Shown piece by piece: positions 25,131 through 38,898 of a stretch of 64,000 bases of DNA; positions within the stretch are counted from its first letter, which is position 1; each line of letters opens with the position of its first letter. Under the pieces are notes generated by a model. That model worked only from the letters and a program-made list of their open reading frames with translations, did not search any database and was not told where the DNA came from. A program made the position numbers and the translations under genes. Location: contig NC_090399.1 of NCBI RefSeq assembly GCF_036365525.1, forward strand, positions 51,988,430 to 52,052,429, given 5' to 3'. This stretch comes from Heterodontus francisci (lineage: Eukaryota).

Positions 25131-25839
25131 GACGCCTATGTTCCGATGTAGCCAAGCTGCTTTAGTACAGCTGCAACACTGGCATCTACCCAACAATATT
25201 GAATACTCCCCAAGTAAACCCACCATCTTCATTTGTGCCAGGTATGACTCCAGTCACTGAAGTTTTCCCCCTTATATCCATGTTTGCACCAAGACTATAA
25301 TGAAGTCTAGACCTGACTGCTTCCAGCAGAACACAAACTGAGCAGCGGTGAACAGGTTATTGGCGAGTAAGTGCTGCTTGATAATACTATCAACGACACC
25401 TTCCTTCACTTTACTGATGATTGAGAGTAGACTGATGGGAGTGCAAATTGGCAGAATTGGATTCTTGGACAGTATGTACCTGGGCAATTTTCCATATTGT
25501 CGGGTAAATACCAGTTTTGCAGCTGTACTGAAGGAGCTGGTTCTGGAGGTCTCCTGTGGTTAATCAGGGATTATCTCTGATCATTTTTCCTCCTGATGGA
25601 GCTTACCAATCACCTCTAGAGGATAAATCGTGGCCTCCCTGTCACCCACTGCCCTGTCTCCATCATAAATCATCTCTCACACATTGGAACTTTAAATAAA
25701 CTGTCAGCTTCTGCCTGACAACGGATGATAGTTGGTCATCCCTGGCTTTAATTAATCCATTTAAGTCATGTGATAACTGATAATTGGTTGGCCCAAGCTC
25801 AGATTAGTCTACTGACCTCAACTCAGCAGATCTTCTGTC

Positions 25840-28548
25840 CCTGCGGCCTCCAATCTTCGTCCCCTACTGCCTTCTTCCTATGATCCACAAACAAGACTGT
25901 TCTAGGAGTCCCATCATTTCAGCCGGTTCCTGCCCCACTGAACTGATTTCTTTCTGTCTTGACTCCATTATTCTCCCCTTGTCCAGTCTCTTCCCACCAA
26001 CATCCGTGACTCTTCTGTCACTCCATCACTTTAACAGTTTCCCCAGTCCTGACCCTAACCATCTCCTCTTCACTATGGACGTCCAATCTATCTACACCTC
26101 CATCCCCCACCAGGATGGTTTGAGGGCTCTCCACTTCTTTCTTGAACAGAGGCCCAACCAGTCCCCATCCATCATCACCCTCCTCCGCCTGGCTAAACTT
26201 GTTCTCACATTGAACATCTTCTCCTTCAACTCCACTCATTTCCTTCAAATAAAAGATGTTGCGATGGGTCACCACATGGGTCCCTGTCATTTTGTGGAGT
26301 ATGTCAAACATTCCTTGCTCCAGTCCGACTCGGGCCCCCTTCCCGAACTTTTTTTCCAGTACGATGATGACTGTATTGGTGCCAAATCCTGTCTCGCTGT
26401 GAACTGGAAAACTTCATCAACTTTGCTTCCATAGTCCACCTTCACATAGTTCATCTCCGACACTTCCCTTCCTTCCTCAACTTCTTGTCTCCATCTCTGG
26501 GGATAGTCTGTCCACTAATATTCATTATAACCCCACCGACCCCCCCCCCCACAGCTACCTCGACTACACTTCCTACACCCAGCTTCCCAGTAAGGACCCC
26601 ATTCCATTCTACATACATATGAATTAGGAGCAGAAGTAGGCTATTTGGCTCTTCAAGCCTGCTCCACCATTCAATAAGATCACGGCTGATCTGTTTGTGT
26701 TTCGAATTCCGCACTCCCATCTCCTCCCAATAATCTTTGATTCCCTTGTCTAACAAGAATCTATCTACCACCGCCTTAAAAATATTCAATGACCCCACCT
26801 CCAGCACCTTCTAAGGCAGAGAGTTCCAAAGTCGCACAACCCTCAGAGAGAAAAAAAATTATCCTCATCTTTGTCCTAAAAGGGTGACCCCTAATTTTAA
26901 AATAGTGCCCCCTAGTTCCGGACTCACCCACAAGAGGAAACATCCTTTCCAAATCCACCTTATCAAGAATGTTCAGGATCTTATAAACTTCAATCAAGTC
27001 TGCCCTCACTCTTCTAAACTCCAGTGAAAACAAGCCCAGTCTGTCCAACCTTTCTTCAAAAGACAACCCGATCTTTCCAGGTATCAATCTAGTAAACCTC
27101 CTCTGAACCACCTCCAACACATTCACATCCTTCCTTAAATAAGGAAACCAAAACTGCACACAGTTTTGTGGATGTGGTCTCACCAATGCCTTGTATAACT
27201 GAAGCATAACATCCTTACTTTTATTTTCAATTGCTCTTGTAATAAAGGATAGCATTCCATTTGCCTTCTTTATTACCTGCTGTTCTTGCATACTAACTTT
27301 TTGTGTATCATGCACTAGAACACCTAAATCTCTCTGCACCTCGGAATTCGGCAGTTGTTCTCCATTTAAGTAATACTCTTCTTTTTTATTCTTCCTGCCA
27401 AAGTGAACACTTCACATTTTCCCACATTATACTCCATCTGCAAGATTTATGTCTACTCATTCACCCTATCTATATCGGTCTGCAAGCTCCTTATATCCTC
27501 TTCACAATATACTTTCCTACCTATCTTCGTGTCATCTACAAATTTAGCTACCATGCCATCGCTCCCCTCATCTAAGTTATTGATATAGATTGCAAAAAGT
27601 TGAGGCCCCGGCACAGACCCCTGCGGGACTCCACTCGTCATATCCTGCCACTCAGAAAAGGACCCATTTATGCATACTCTCTGTTTTCTGCCAGCCCGTC
27701 AATATTCTATCCTGGCTAATATGTTACCACCTACACCATGAACTCCTACTTTGCGCGTTAACCTTTTATGTGGCACCATGTCAAATGCCTTCTGGAAATC
27801 CAAGTACAGTACATCAACGGGCTCCCCTTTATTCACAGCGCATGTCACTCCTTCAAAGAACTCCAATAAATTGGTTAAACATGATTTCCCATTCACAAAA
27901 CCATGCTGACTATTCGCAATTACATTCTCCCAGTTTCTCTGTCACCGAGGGTTCCCCCCTACTGTGGTTGATAGGGCTCTCGACCACGTCTAACCCATTT
28001 CCCCACCCTCTTAGAACCACGATAGGGTTCCCCTTGGTCCTCCCCTTCCACTCCACCAGCCTCCATATTTGATCATCCTCTGCCATTTCTGCCACCTCCA
28101 GTGTGATGTCACCACCAAACACATCTCCCCCTCCCCTCTCAGCAGTCTGAAGGGACTGTTCTCTCCGTGATACCCTGTTTCACTCCTCCATCACCCCAAC
28201 ACATCCTACCCTTTCCATGGCACCTTTCCATGCAAGTGCAGGAGATCCCCTGCCCTTTTACGTCCTCACTTCTCAGCGTCCAAGGCCCCAAACACTCCTT
28301 CCAGGTGAAACAGCGACTAATGTGTACTTCTTTCAATTTAGTATTCTGTATTCATTGCTCACAATGTGTCTGCTCTACGGTGGGAGGAACACCTCTATTC
28401 AGTATGCAAGTGTGACCCTGAGTTTCCAGTTGCCTGTTATTTTAATTCTCTGCTCCAATCCAATGCTGACCTCTCTGCCCTTTGCCTGTTACACTGTTCC
28501 AAGATGCTCAACGTAAGCTCAAGGAACAGCAACTCATCTTTTGATTAG
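25840..28548 (+). mobile_element. Penelope-like element (RT and GIY-YIG remnants), split by a CR1
   Basis: LLFTMDVQSIYTSIPHQDGL, FSFNSTHFLQIKDVAMG, FFQYDDDCIG; downstream CTSFNLVFCIHCSQC. Confidence 0.85.
26611..27910 (-). mobile_element. CR1 LINE 3' portion
   Basis: KSCLTNLLEFFE, SGVPQGSVPGP, KFVDDTKIG, QRDLGVLV on the minus strand. Confidence 0.9.
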
Positions 28549-29465
28549 TGTTATGATCGGGTGATGGGCGGCGGTCAAAGGGCTCCCCTCTTTTCCATCT
28601 CCTTGTTTGACCACAACAGGTTTATGTCTTTTTGAAGTGAATATACTTGTCAACTCAGTGAGTGTTTAACTGTTTAAATGCGTGATCATAAAAAGAACCA
28701 ATCAGACAGGTTTTCTTGAGTTTAACAAATAAAGAGGTGAGCTTTATTGTACTTAAAGCAATCTAAGAATTATAATAAGCTCTAATTCAGTTGACACCTA
28801 TGGATACATGACCCACCCACACTAGCATGCATACGCATTACATACATGCAGATAAAGACAGAACAGAGCAGAAGAAATAAAGTGGAAAAGTTTGAGGCAA
28901 TATCTGTAGAGTTGTTGTTCCGGTTCTTCAAGCTCACTGCAGAGTCCTTGATTGTAGGTAGATCTTGCTTTTCGGTGGGGCCCAGTATTCTTCTTAAACC
29001 ATGTTCGCTGCAGGAGACTTTTCTCTCTTGGGGTTCATGTGTCTTCAGTGAACTCAATGGCTTGTGAGAAGGAGATGGGAGCAGACAGGACAGAGATCTT
29101 CTCAGTCCAGGAGCAAACAGCTTTCTGTTCAAACTGTTTGTACAAATTCAAAAAACTCAGATGGTCCAGCAGGTTAGTCATGTGACTGCCTGGTTTGACC
29201 ATGTCCGTTTGTGTATTCGGCCGTCTTAGCAGTCAACATGGAATGCAAGCTCCCCCACCTTCAATGTCTGGTGATCAAAAGTCAATTGTGGGTTGAATAT
29301 CAGGGAATGGCTGCTTCGTCCTTCCAAACATCATCTGTTAATATGCAAATGTCTTTTCTAGCCACGGCTGATCTGTTCAACAAGTCCTCACCCCACTCCT
29401 TAAGATCAATGTTCATGACAAAATTAATATGCCTCATTCTTGGCAGGTGGGGGCCTAACATAACA
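28549..29465 (-). mobile_element. 3' LTR of the outer Gmr1-like Gypsy element
   Basis: TGTTATGA...CATAACA termini; adjacent CCTCCTCACCC is a PPT on the minus strand; ~650 bp shared with 38022-38898. Confidence 0.88.
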
Positions 29466-31059
29466 CCTCCTCACCCAGTGGAATGAAATACGACTTGAGA
29501 AAAGGGGCATTTCATTAAAAGGGTTGAGAAAAATGTAAGATACAGAAAAAACAAGCGTTTCTCTCATTTATTCCTATTCATTCATAAATCCTAAAACTTA
29601 TTACAGCCTGTCTTCTCTTGGTGCCAGTGCTGCTTTAATTGCCCCCTTTTTGGCATCCCAATGAGCATGTGGTAATTTTTTTGGAGAAGTTTCTCTTCCG
29701 TTTGCCCATTTCCATGGCTGCCTAGGGTCTTTGTTCCTGGTGAGGTATTTTTTTTTTTAAAAGAGTCAGTAGAGTGCGGATCTATCCTGAACTCTCTATC
29801 AGTGCTTTGCTGAGTCATGCAAAGGCTTTTGAATTCAGGGGATGGGTGGTTCGCTTTTTTTCTGACTGTGGGTAAGTTTCATTGCTAATCTCCCCTTTGT
29901 CCCAGAGGACACTCCTGCCTGCAGGTATTTGTGCAGACTCTACTGCACTCCCCTGTGGTACTTCAACTAGGTGAGGCATCACTCTCACTGTGCCTCTGCG
30001 CCCTAGAGGTCTGTCTTTGTCTCTGCAGGTTCCTGTAAATGCTGTTAGCCACTCTGGTGGGGTGCTTCTAGTGTCTGCATTTATGTAGGAGGATGTGGGT
30101 TCTAATTTTTCAAATGTTTCGGGGTTGGCTGACTGGACGGTAGGGGTTTTCATCCAAGATTCCTCCCAGACTTCCTTTAACCTGCCCTCTTTGTCACTTT
30201 TTCCCCTTCTCAGTCTAACGTTTTGCCAGTCTTGTGCCTGCCTCTCGTTTTTGTTCTTGGCAGGGGTCCCTTACAGTTCACCAACCCTCTGCTGGAGGGT
30301 CCTCCTAACACCAGTACAGAATTTAGAGATGCAGGTTTCAAGTGTAGGTTGGGGTTTCCCCTCAACCTGGTACATGTGGCAACTCCACAACATACATCTT
30401 TGTGGAGTTTTGGCCAGTCAAACTGCTGTCTTCTGTGGGCTTTGGTCTTTCATATACAGGCATGTACAGCCACTGTAGTCTTGTGGGCCCTTCTTAATAT
30501 TTCTGTCTGGTACCTCTGTGGCACCACTAACTGGTGAACTACTGTCAACTCCTTGCTCTCAGGTCTGTGAAGAGAACTCCATTTCCTCATCAGTACCACA
30601 TTCTTTAAATAGTACCAATCAGGGACTCCCTCTGCTTCACTTTCAGACTGGGCAGCCTGTGCTAACTCTCGCAATACTGGGTCAGCTCACTGAGCCTCAG
30701 CTAGGGAAAATCCATTTAATTCATTCCCTGAGTCTCCTAACTTTCCAAAGAAAGTCTCGGACAGGCAGACCTCATAGTCATCTGCTTGCAGTGTCAATGC
30801 AGTCTCCTCCAGGGGAGCTGGTTTGATTATGGCCCGATCCACTACACATTAAGGGAAACTGCAGGGGTCAATTTCCTGCCACTGCCCTGTCTCTCTGACC
30901 TCCTGCGGTCTTTCTTCCACTACTGGGGCGGCTATCACCTTCACTCCCACCAGATCATTACCTAGGAGCAGGTCAGCCCATCCACAGTCAAACTAGGGAC
31001 ACTCCCTACGATCACCAGTCCCGAAACAAGGTCGCACTCCAAGTGCACCCGGTGTATAG

Positions 31060-34000
31060 TGTTATGACCGACTGCTTCTGTCAAAGCCCCCAATCAAAAT
31101 GTACGATTTTGAATGTGATGGGAGAAATGCACTGATAAGTCAATCCCGTTGCTCCACAGATTGGCTAACATCATTTAAAAATTTCCAAATTAATGAAAGA
31201 CCCACCAAATTGTACCATCTATTAACCCCCCCAAATGAGGCTAACCAAACCAGGTGTCTATAAATCAAAAAATGAATTCTTTAATTAGAAGAACTAAATT
31301 CTTAAATACTATGAACATTTAAAAATAGAAAATTTTGAGTCCTTTCAAATTTACAGTCCAATGCTGTTCGAAGTCCTTGCCGAATGTTGTTCGAAGTCCA
31401 GCGAATTCCATCAGAACATTTCAGCTTTAAATTTTCAAAAGGTTGTTCCAATTAACCCACTTTTAAATTTCCAAGCATAGTCTTCCAATTGTTTCATGTT
31501 TTCCTTCCAAGTGTCCCTATTGTCCGTAACCTCAGCCAGGTGAACTGCACAGCTAGGAGCACTGACCACCACTGGGTTCACTATTCTCTGAGAAGTTTCT
31601 CGAGTACACCTTAACATGTGTGGCATCACATGGCACTGGAAAGCCCTGTCCGGTGTAACAGAAGCTGATTTTTTTCTTACCCTGGGGCGTCAAAGGAATT
31701 TGACAGTATCCTTCCAACACATCTGTCTCTTTAAGACATATTGTGTTGCCCACTCTGTCCATACAGTCCTTTAAATGAGAATTTGGGTAGAAGTCTGCCT
31801 TCTTTACCACAGTGACTTTTCTAGAGTCTATGCAAGTTTGAGCCGTCCCACCAGGTTTAGACATCAAGACCATCTGTGAATTCCAGCTGTCCTGACTAGG
31901 TTCAACTAAGCTGCCCTTCAGCATGCATTGTACCTCTTCTTCCACTTGGGTCTGTCTGTCTGGACTTAAGCAACAAGGATGTTGTTTTAAAGGAATGTCT
32001 CTCCCTATACCCACATCATGTGTGACTAAGGTTGTACATCCTGGCTTATCCCTACAAACTATTTGAAACTTTGTGGAAATCCTGGTCAGGACTTCATGCT
32101 GTTTTGCCTCTAAGTGTAAAAGCCTATTGTTTAATTTTCCTAGCCGTTCTGCATTCGCTAATCGGATAGTTGGAGGTTCAACCTGAGAATTTCCTAGGCT
32201 TACTTCTGCCTCATCCTCATTATCCTTTTCCTTCTCCACATTCCCGATTACCTGACATACCTGCATTGGCTTATCCTCATCCCTGCAGGAATATGTTTTG
32301 AGCATATTAATGTGATACAACTGGTTCTTCATCAGTGATCAGGGGTGTCAATCAAGTAATCTACCTTATCCACTCTTTTGATCACTTTATATGGGCCACT
32401 GAACCGTGCTTTCACTGGTTCTCCCTGTGATGGTAACAACACTAATAGCTCATCCCCTGATTTTATGGTAGGTTGTGGATTTCCCACCATTTGGCAGGTG
32501 TGGCATGCCCTTGAAAATTGTCTCACATCCTTTGTAAGACCTGGCCAGTAATAATGTTTGCTTATGTGTGATTATGTGAAACCACATCAGCAGTGAGAAT
32601 GGTGATTAAAACTCCCTACCTACCCATAGTGCAAATTAAAAAGTGCAAAGAACATCTTAAAACTATGTACAGCAGCTCGAACGTCGTTATTTCAGTCCAG
32701 TTTCTAATCCATAAATCCACACCATTCCCCTATGTCCTACAAAAGGAATGTCGTGTGCTATCCTTAATAATCCTTGTTGATATTTCGGTGGTAACACTAT
32801 CTGTTCAACAACTGTCCAGTCTTCGTCGGCAGGTCTATGAGACGGTCCCCATTTTCTCCTCAAAACCCCATTTGCCATATAATAGCCTTCTGGAACTCCT
32901 TTCAGCTCAGCTTCTAACAGAGCCGTCTGTTCTATTCGGTGTATCTCTGGATCAGCTTGCTGTGCTGCAATGATAGACGATCTGTTAAACATCTCATTTG
33001 GATTATCTAAATCCCCAAATAAGGTTCCAGATTATCTATTTGTGGTGCCCCTTTTACCTCTGACAATGGATCCTGTTTAGCCATTGCTCGGGTAACTACA
33101 CATGCAGGAAATATTCCCAGAACTTGCTCCTGTAATTGCTCCATTTCCTTAATTTCACATGGTTCCTCTGTAACCATAGGAGAAACTGACATTTTTGATC
33201 CAGCCAAATCATTTCCTAGGAGTAGATCAATTCCCTTTACTGGTAAACTGTGGACAACACCTACAGTTACTATCCCAGTTAGAAAGTCACTCTCCAGGTA
33301 TACTTTATACAAAGGTATGGGTATATACTGCCCGCCAATTCCATTAACTAAAACTTTAGTGTTCAAGCCGCTCTCTGTTGGAAACCTCATATCTTTCCTC
33401 AGCAAGAGCATTTGGGTCGCTCCTGTGTCCCTGAGTATAATGATAGGTTTTCCTGCCTCACTTACAGGAGTTAGTCTCCCCTTTGACAAAAAGTCATTAT
33501 AACTCTCAGGTATTTGATTCTTAACCTCTACACTCCTCTTAGTTTTAGTATCTGGTTTCACATTCACAGCTGTCATTAAAGCTATAGCCTGGTCTCTCAT
33601 ACCCTCAGTCAGTATTTTCCTATGCACTAACTTTGCGCTCCCCAACAAGTCCTATGGATTTACCTCGCAATTTCCAGCACTCTGAACCAAGATGACCTGT
33701 TTTGTTGCAGTGATAACACTTTGGCTTGCAAACCTCACTTCTACCCTCAGCACCTTCCTTTCTGACCTGAGGAGGTGATCCTGGGGCATTCCCAGCTGTT
33801 CCTTCTTGTCCCTGGCTACCTGCTTTCCTTTCACTCTCCCACTTTCTATCCTTCTCGGGTTTATGGGGGTGACGGAGAAAATAGGTTGGCTTATTCACAA
33901 GCTTAAAATCATCAGCAATCTCTGCTACTTGCCTAGTTTTCAAAACTTTCAGGTTATATATTTGAGTTCTCACTACTGAAGGAAAGGAGTTTTTAAACTC

Positions 34001-36085
34001 TTCTAACAGAATCAATTCTTGAAGGTTCTCATCTTTGGTTTCTGTCTTTAATGCCTGTATCCAACGGTCAAAATTCATTTGCATCACCCTCTCAAATTCT
34101 AAATATGTCTGCCCAGTCAATCTCCGTAAGTTCCTAAACTTCTGACGGTAAGCCTCAGGGACTAACTCATATGCAGCGAGAATAGCCTTTTTTGCCATCT
34201 CATAATCTGCAGAAGCCTCTTCAGAAAGCATGGCATAAGCTTCACGAGCTCTGCCTACCAAACTGCTTTGCATGAGCAATGTCTAGCTTTCTTTAGGCCA
34301 TTTCATCTGTTTGGCTATTTTTTCAAAAGAAATGAAAAATGCCTCTACATCCCTTTCCTCAAACTTAGGAAGAGCCTGTCTAAATTTAAACAACTTCTCG
34401 TTGGGTCCCGATCTAAATTCAGATTCTTCCTGACCCAAATATTTCCTGGATTTAAGACTACCCCTTTGTCTTAGTTCCATCTCTTTTAATTTAAATTCCC
34501 TCTCTTCTCTTTCACTCTCTCTCTCTGAAGTTCAAGTTTTCTTAATTCTTTTTCCTGTTAAAACTCCAGTTTTTTCATTTCTAACTGAATCGTAGCAAAT
34601 TCCACTGCATTACTCTCGGACCTACTGCCTTCATGCCTCTCGTATTCCCTTTCTTGTTCCTCGTATTGCCCTTCATCTGTATTACCCTCATCATGATCTT
34701 CTCCTACTAATTCCAGATGTTTGGCTATTATGTTAATAATCTCTGCTTTTTTTGGCATCTGATTTCAATTCTAACCCCAATTTTGTGGCCAATTCTTTTA
34801 ATTTGTTCTTAGTTAAAGTTATCAAGTCATTCAGGGAAACATTCTGCTTTCCCAAAAACTCTGCTACAACCATTAGTGCCATAACAATGATATAGACTGT
34901 ACCGTATTATACAAGAGACCTGGTTCTTTTAATTTCTTTGTAATTGGTGTCAGATTTAGATTCCAACAATCAAGTTTCCAATTGATAAGATCCCAGACTC
35001 GAGAGCAATTAATCTGATGCCAAACGCAAGACCCCAATTTAAATATGTTATCCCAGTGATGAGTAATTACTATGATTCCAAATGTGAGCCCTCCAGATTA
35101 GTCTGATTCTGATCCCAGACGCGCGCCATCGAATTAAATATGATTCAACTGCATGAGAGCCCCCAATTATGATATGATTCAAATACAGAAACCCAATTAA
35201 TATGTGATTCAAATCGCAAATGAGCCCCCAATAAATGTTATGACCAACCACTCCAGTCAAAGCCCCCAATCAAAATATACAATTCTGATTGTAGTGGGAG
35301 AAATGCACCGATAATTCAATCCCGTTGCTCCACAGATCAGCTAACATATCATTTAAAACTTTCCAAATTAAAGAAAGACCCAGCCAAATTTTACCATCTA
35401 TTAACCCCCTGAATGAGGCTAACCAAACCAGGTGTCTTTAAATCAACAAATTAACTCTTTAATTAGAAGAACTAAATTCTTAAACACTATGAACATTTAA
35501 AAATAGAAAAATTAGAGTCCTTGCAAATTTACAGTCCAATGTTGTTCAAAATCCTCACAGAATGTTGTTCGAAGTCCAGCAAATTTCAACAATTAACGAC
35601 TTGCAAACACTTTCAACAGAATCAATCTGACTTTCGAGTTTTTAAGGGATAAAAGATTGTCACAGTCTAACTTCCCTTTCTTCAATTTAAATTACCAGAG
35701 ATCTCTGTCTTTGCTTGATGTTTTTAGAATTTTGAGAGATAATAATTAAACAAAGATCCTATTTCCTTCAGTTTAAATGGTTGCGAGCTCTTTTTCAGTG
35801 CTGACATCACAGCTGTCTGTGTGTTCAGACTGTCTTATTAACTGCCAGTTCAAACTGAATTGTAACAAATGTATCACATCAGGCTCACTCCCAGTGGCTG
35901 TTTCCATCGTATCAAGAATGCACCTTTTGAATCTAAGTCTCCAAATGGCTGTTCCTAAGGCAACGAAAATGCACCTTCCCATAACTCCTAAGGCTTGCTG
36001 GCTCTTAAAGCAATACTGATCCCTTGCAAGCCTTAACGGCAAACTGCATATTCCGAAAAAAAAAAACTACAGGACCAAGACAACA
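31060..36085 (-). mobile_element. Inner Gmr1-like Gypsy element: 5' LTR 35236-36085, truncated 3' LTR 31060-~31410; order gag(SCAN, CCHC)-PR-IN-RT with IN core and RT/RH deleted
   Basis: Matching LTR starts TGTTATGACC; ALPKFEERDVEAFF, EAYRQKFR, CYHCNKTGHLGSEC, ILRDTGAT, IAHDIPFVGH...CHTCQ, FSGPYKV, then RT N-terminus (IPLKQHP, EGYCQIPLT). Integrase before RT is diagnostic of Gmr1-like elements. Confidence 0.9.
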
Positions 36086-36689
36086 GGTACAGACATGCAC
36101 GGTCCTCCAATACCATTCACCACCATTCTGGTGTTCACTGCACTCTCTGGGGGAAAGATCAGGCCTTTTCCCAGCAAAAGTGGCCCCTGTGTCCCTGAGA
36201 ATCACTATGGGTGTGTTGGCCCCACTGGATGGTTATGGGGTTACTTTTCCTTCAAACACAAAACACGTTAACCTTCAGGAATCTTGGTAAATTTTCCTGC
36301 ACTTGTAATCGTAAGCTTCCTGGGTCTCACTCTTATGCAGTTAAAGCCACAGCTTGTTCTGCTTTGATTTCCATAGGTTTGCCTCTTCACTGAGTGGGTG
36401 TGCCCTGATTAACTCTACTGGTTTTGCCTTTAGTTTCCAGCAATCAGTTTTTAAAGGCCCTGCTTTATTACAATAGAAGCACACAAGTCTCCGGGTCTCA
36501 CTCTTGCTCACAGCACCTTCCTTTTTGGCTAGAGGAGGGCCCCCTGTGTCTCCTGCTTTCCTTTCTCTCCCTGGACGGCTGAGGCTTCTATCACCTTCCC
36601 ACCCTTTGTCCTTTTCAGATTTGTGGGGGTGATTAGGAAAGGTTCTGTCCTGGGAAACTGACTTATAAATTAAAGCTTACTCATCGGCC

Positions 36690-36929
36690 CGGTTTTCTCT
36701 GGGTGCTCCGGTTTCCTCCCACAAGCCGAAAGACTTGCAGGTTGGTAGGTAAATTGGCCATTATGAATTGTCACTAGTTTAAGTAGGTGGTAGGGAAATA
36801 TAGGGACAGGTGGGGATGTTTGGTAGGAATATGGGATTAGTGTAGAATTAGTATAAATGGGTGGTTGATGGTCGGCACAGACTCGGTGGGCCGAAGGGCC
36901 TGTTTCAGTGCTGTATCTCTAATCTAATC
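36690..36929 (+). mobile_element. 5'-truncated HE1/V-SINE-like SINE
   Basis: Same central domain and tail as 962-1300. Confidence 0.85.
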
Positions 36930-38021
36930 AGAATGACCACATGCCTGGCTCTCTGGACCCGCTGCTCCTCTACATGGGTCTTTATGGAGAGTGGGAGAGA
37001 GCATTTAAATTCCTCTAACAGAATTACTTCTCTGAGATTCTCATAGCTGAGCTGTACTTTAAGCACCTCGCCCACTGGTCAAAAGCCAGCTGCTTACTTC
37101 TTTCAAACTCCAGATAAGTTTGATTAGCTTGCTTCTTGAGGGATCTAAACTTTTGGTGATAGGCTTTGGCGACTAATTCGTATGCCCCGAGGATAACACT
37201 TTTTGTCAGTTCATAATTTGATGAACTATCATCTGGCAACAGGGAATAAACCTTATGGGCTTTTCCAGTTAGCTTGCTTTGTAGTAAAAGAGGCCAGGTC
37301 TCAGCTGGCTATTTTAGCTGCCTTGCCAGTTTCTCAAAGGACACAAAAAATGACTCTACATCCTCCTCATTGAATTTTGGAATTATTTGAGCTAGTTTTA
37401 ACAATCATGTACCCAGCTCTGAATTACATTCCACCGTATTGGCCATGCTTTCACTGGGGTTACTCTGCCACTCCCTAGTTAACTCAAGCCGCTTCAACTC
37501 TCAATCTTCGCATTCTTTCTGGAATATTCTCTCTCTCTCTCGTCCCTTCTCCTGTCTTTATTTTTCTCCACGTTCCTTCTGGAAGGCTCTCTCTTTCTCC
37601 CACTCCTGTCTCTCTCTCTCTTTCTCTTTCTTCTAATTCAAGTTTCCTTTGTTCCAATTGTAACTTTGTCTGGGTCTGCTTCTAACCCTGTTTCTGCTAC
37701 TTCAGATTCAAGGGAAAAATGGTTAGCCACTAAACTTAGGAGCTCAGACTTCCTAGCCTTGCCACATACAGTGATCCTACACTGCTCAGCCATTTTTCTC
37801 AACTCCTCCATAGACAGTGCTTTTAACTTATCCCAAGTTGCTTCACCCTGGCTTAGAGAGCTACCAGCTTCAGTTGCAGACATGTTATTCAATCACACAC
37901 AACCACAAGAAAACCTGTATTGAAATCTTGCTCTTTTTTTGCTTGGGAACAATTTGGCTTCTCACTTCCAATTTCTTTCATTTGACTGTGGGTCAATTCC
38001 GGATGCTGGCACCCAAATTTC

Positions 38022-38898
38022 TGTTATGACCAGATGAGAAAGAGGTCTAGGGGTCCCTTTCAGCCTTCACCTGGTCTTACTGAAACAGGGTTTAATTTTT
38101 AAACACACCGTGTTTTTAGCTCCCCCCCCCCACCCCCCCTTGGTGAATCCTTGTTCAACGCTTTCTAATTATAAGGCAGAGAAACCAACACAAAAAGGCT
38201 TTCTTAAGATTAATGAAGAAAAGTAGAAATTTACTAAACTTAAACTTACCACACTAGCATGCATACACGTTACACACATGCAGATTGAGACAGAACAGAG
38301 CAGAAGAAATAAAGTGGAAAAATTTGAGGCAATATCTGAAGAGTTGTTGTTGCGGTTCTTCAAGCTCACTGTAGAGTCCTTGATTGTAGGTAGATCTTGC
38401 TTTTCATTGGGGCCCAGTATTCTTCTAAACCCATGTTCACTGTAGGAGACTTTTCTCTCTTGGGGGTTCATGTGGCTTCAGTGGATTTGGAGTTCCATGA
38501 GAAAGAGATGGGAGCAGACAGGACAGAGATCTTCTCAGTCCAGGAGCAAACAGCTTTCTGCCCAAACTGTTTGTACAAATTCAAAAAACTCAGGTTGCCC
38601 AGCAGGTTAGTCATGTGACTACCTGGTTTGACCATGTCCATTTGTGTATTCGGTCATCTTAGCAGTCAACATGGAATGCAAGCTCCCCCACCTTCAACGT
38701 CTGGTGATCAAAAGTCCATTCTGGGTTGAATGTCAGGGAATGGCTGCTTTGTCCTTCCAAACACACCCTGTTAATATGCAAATGTCTTTTCCAGCCACAG
38801 CTGATCTGTTCAACAAGTCCTCTCACCACTCCTTAAAATCAATGTTCATGACAAAATTAATATGCCTCATTCTTGGTAGGTGGGGGCCTAGCATGACA
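38022..38898 (-). mobile_element. 5' LTR of the outer Gmr1-like element
   Basis: TGTTATGAC...CATGACA; homologous to 28549-29465; abuts the PBS. Confidence 0.88.

Larger units (their letters stand above)
29466..38021 (-). mobile_element. Internal region of the outer Gmr1-like element (SCAN-like gag ~36400-37892, protease ~36086-36205, integrase Zn region ~30350-30674), decayed and interrupted by a second element
   Basis: NYELTKSVILGAYELVAKAYHQKFR, ILRDTGA, QLVVPQRYQTEILRRAH; degenerate tRNA-Pro PBS at ~37996-38016. Confidence 0.85.

Noticed and set aside
33620-34480. SCAN-like ORF as a host SCAN zinc-finger gene
   Set aside because: It lies between LTRs with PBS, protease and integrase, and has in-frame stops; it is Gmr1-like gag.
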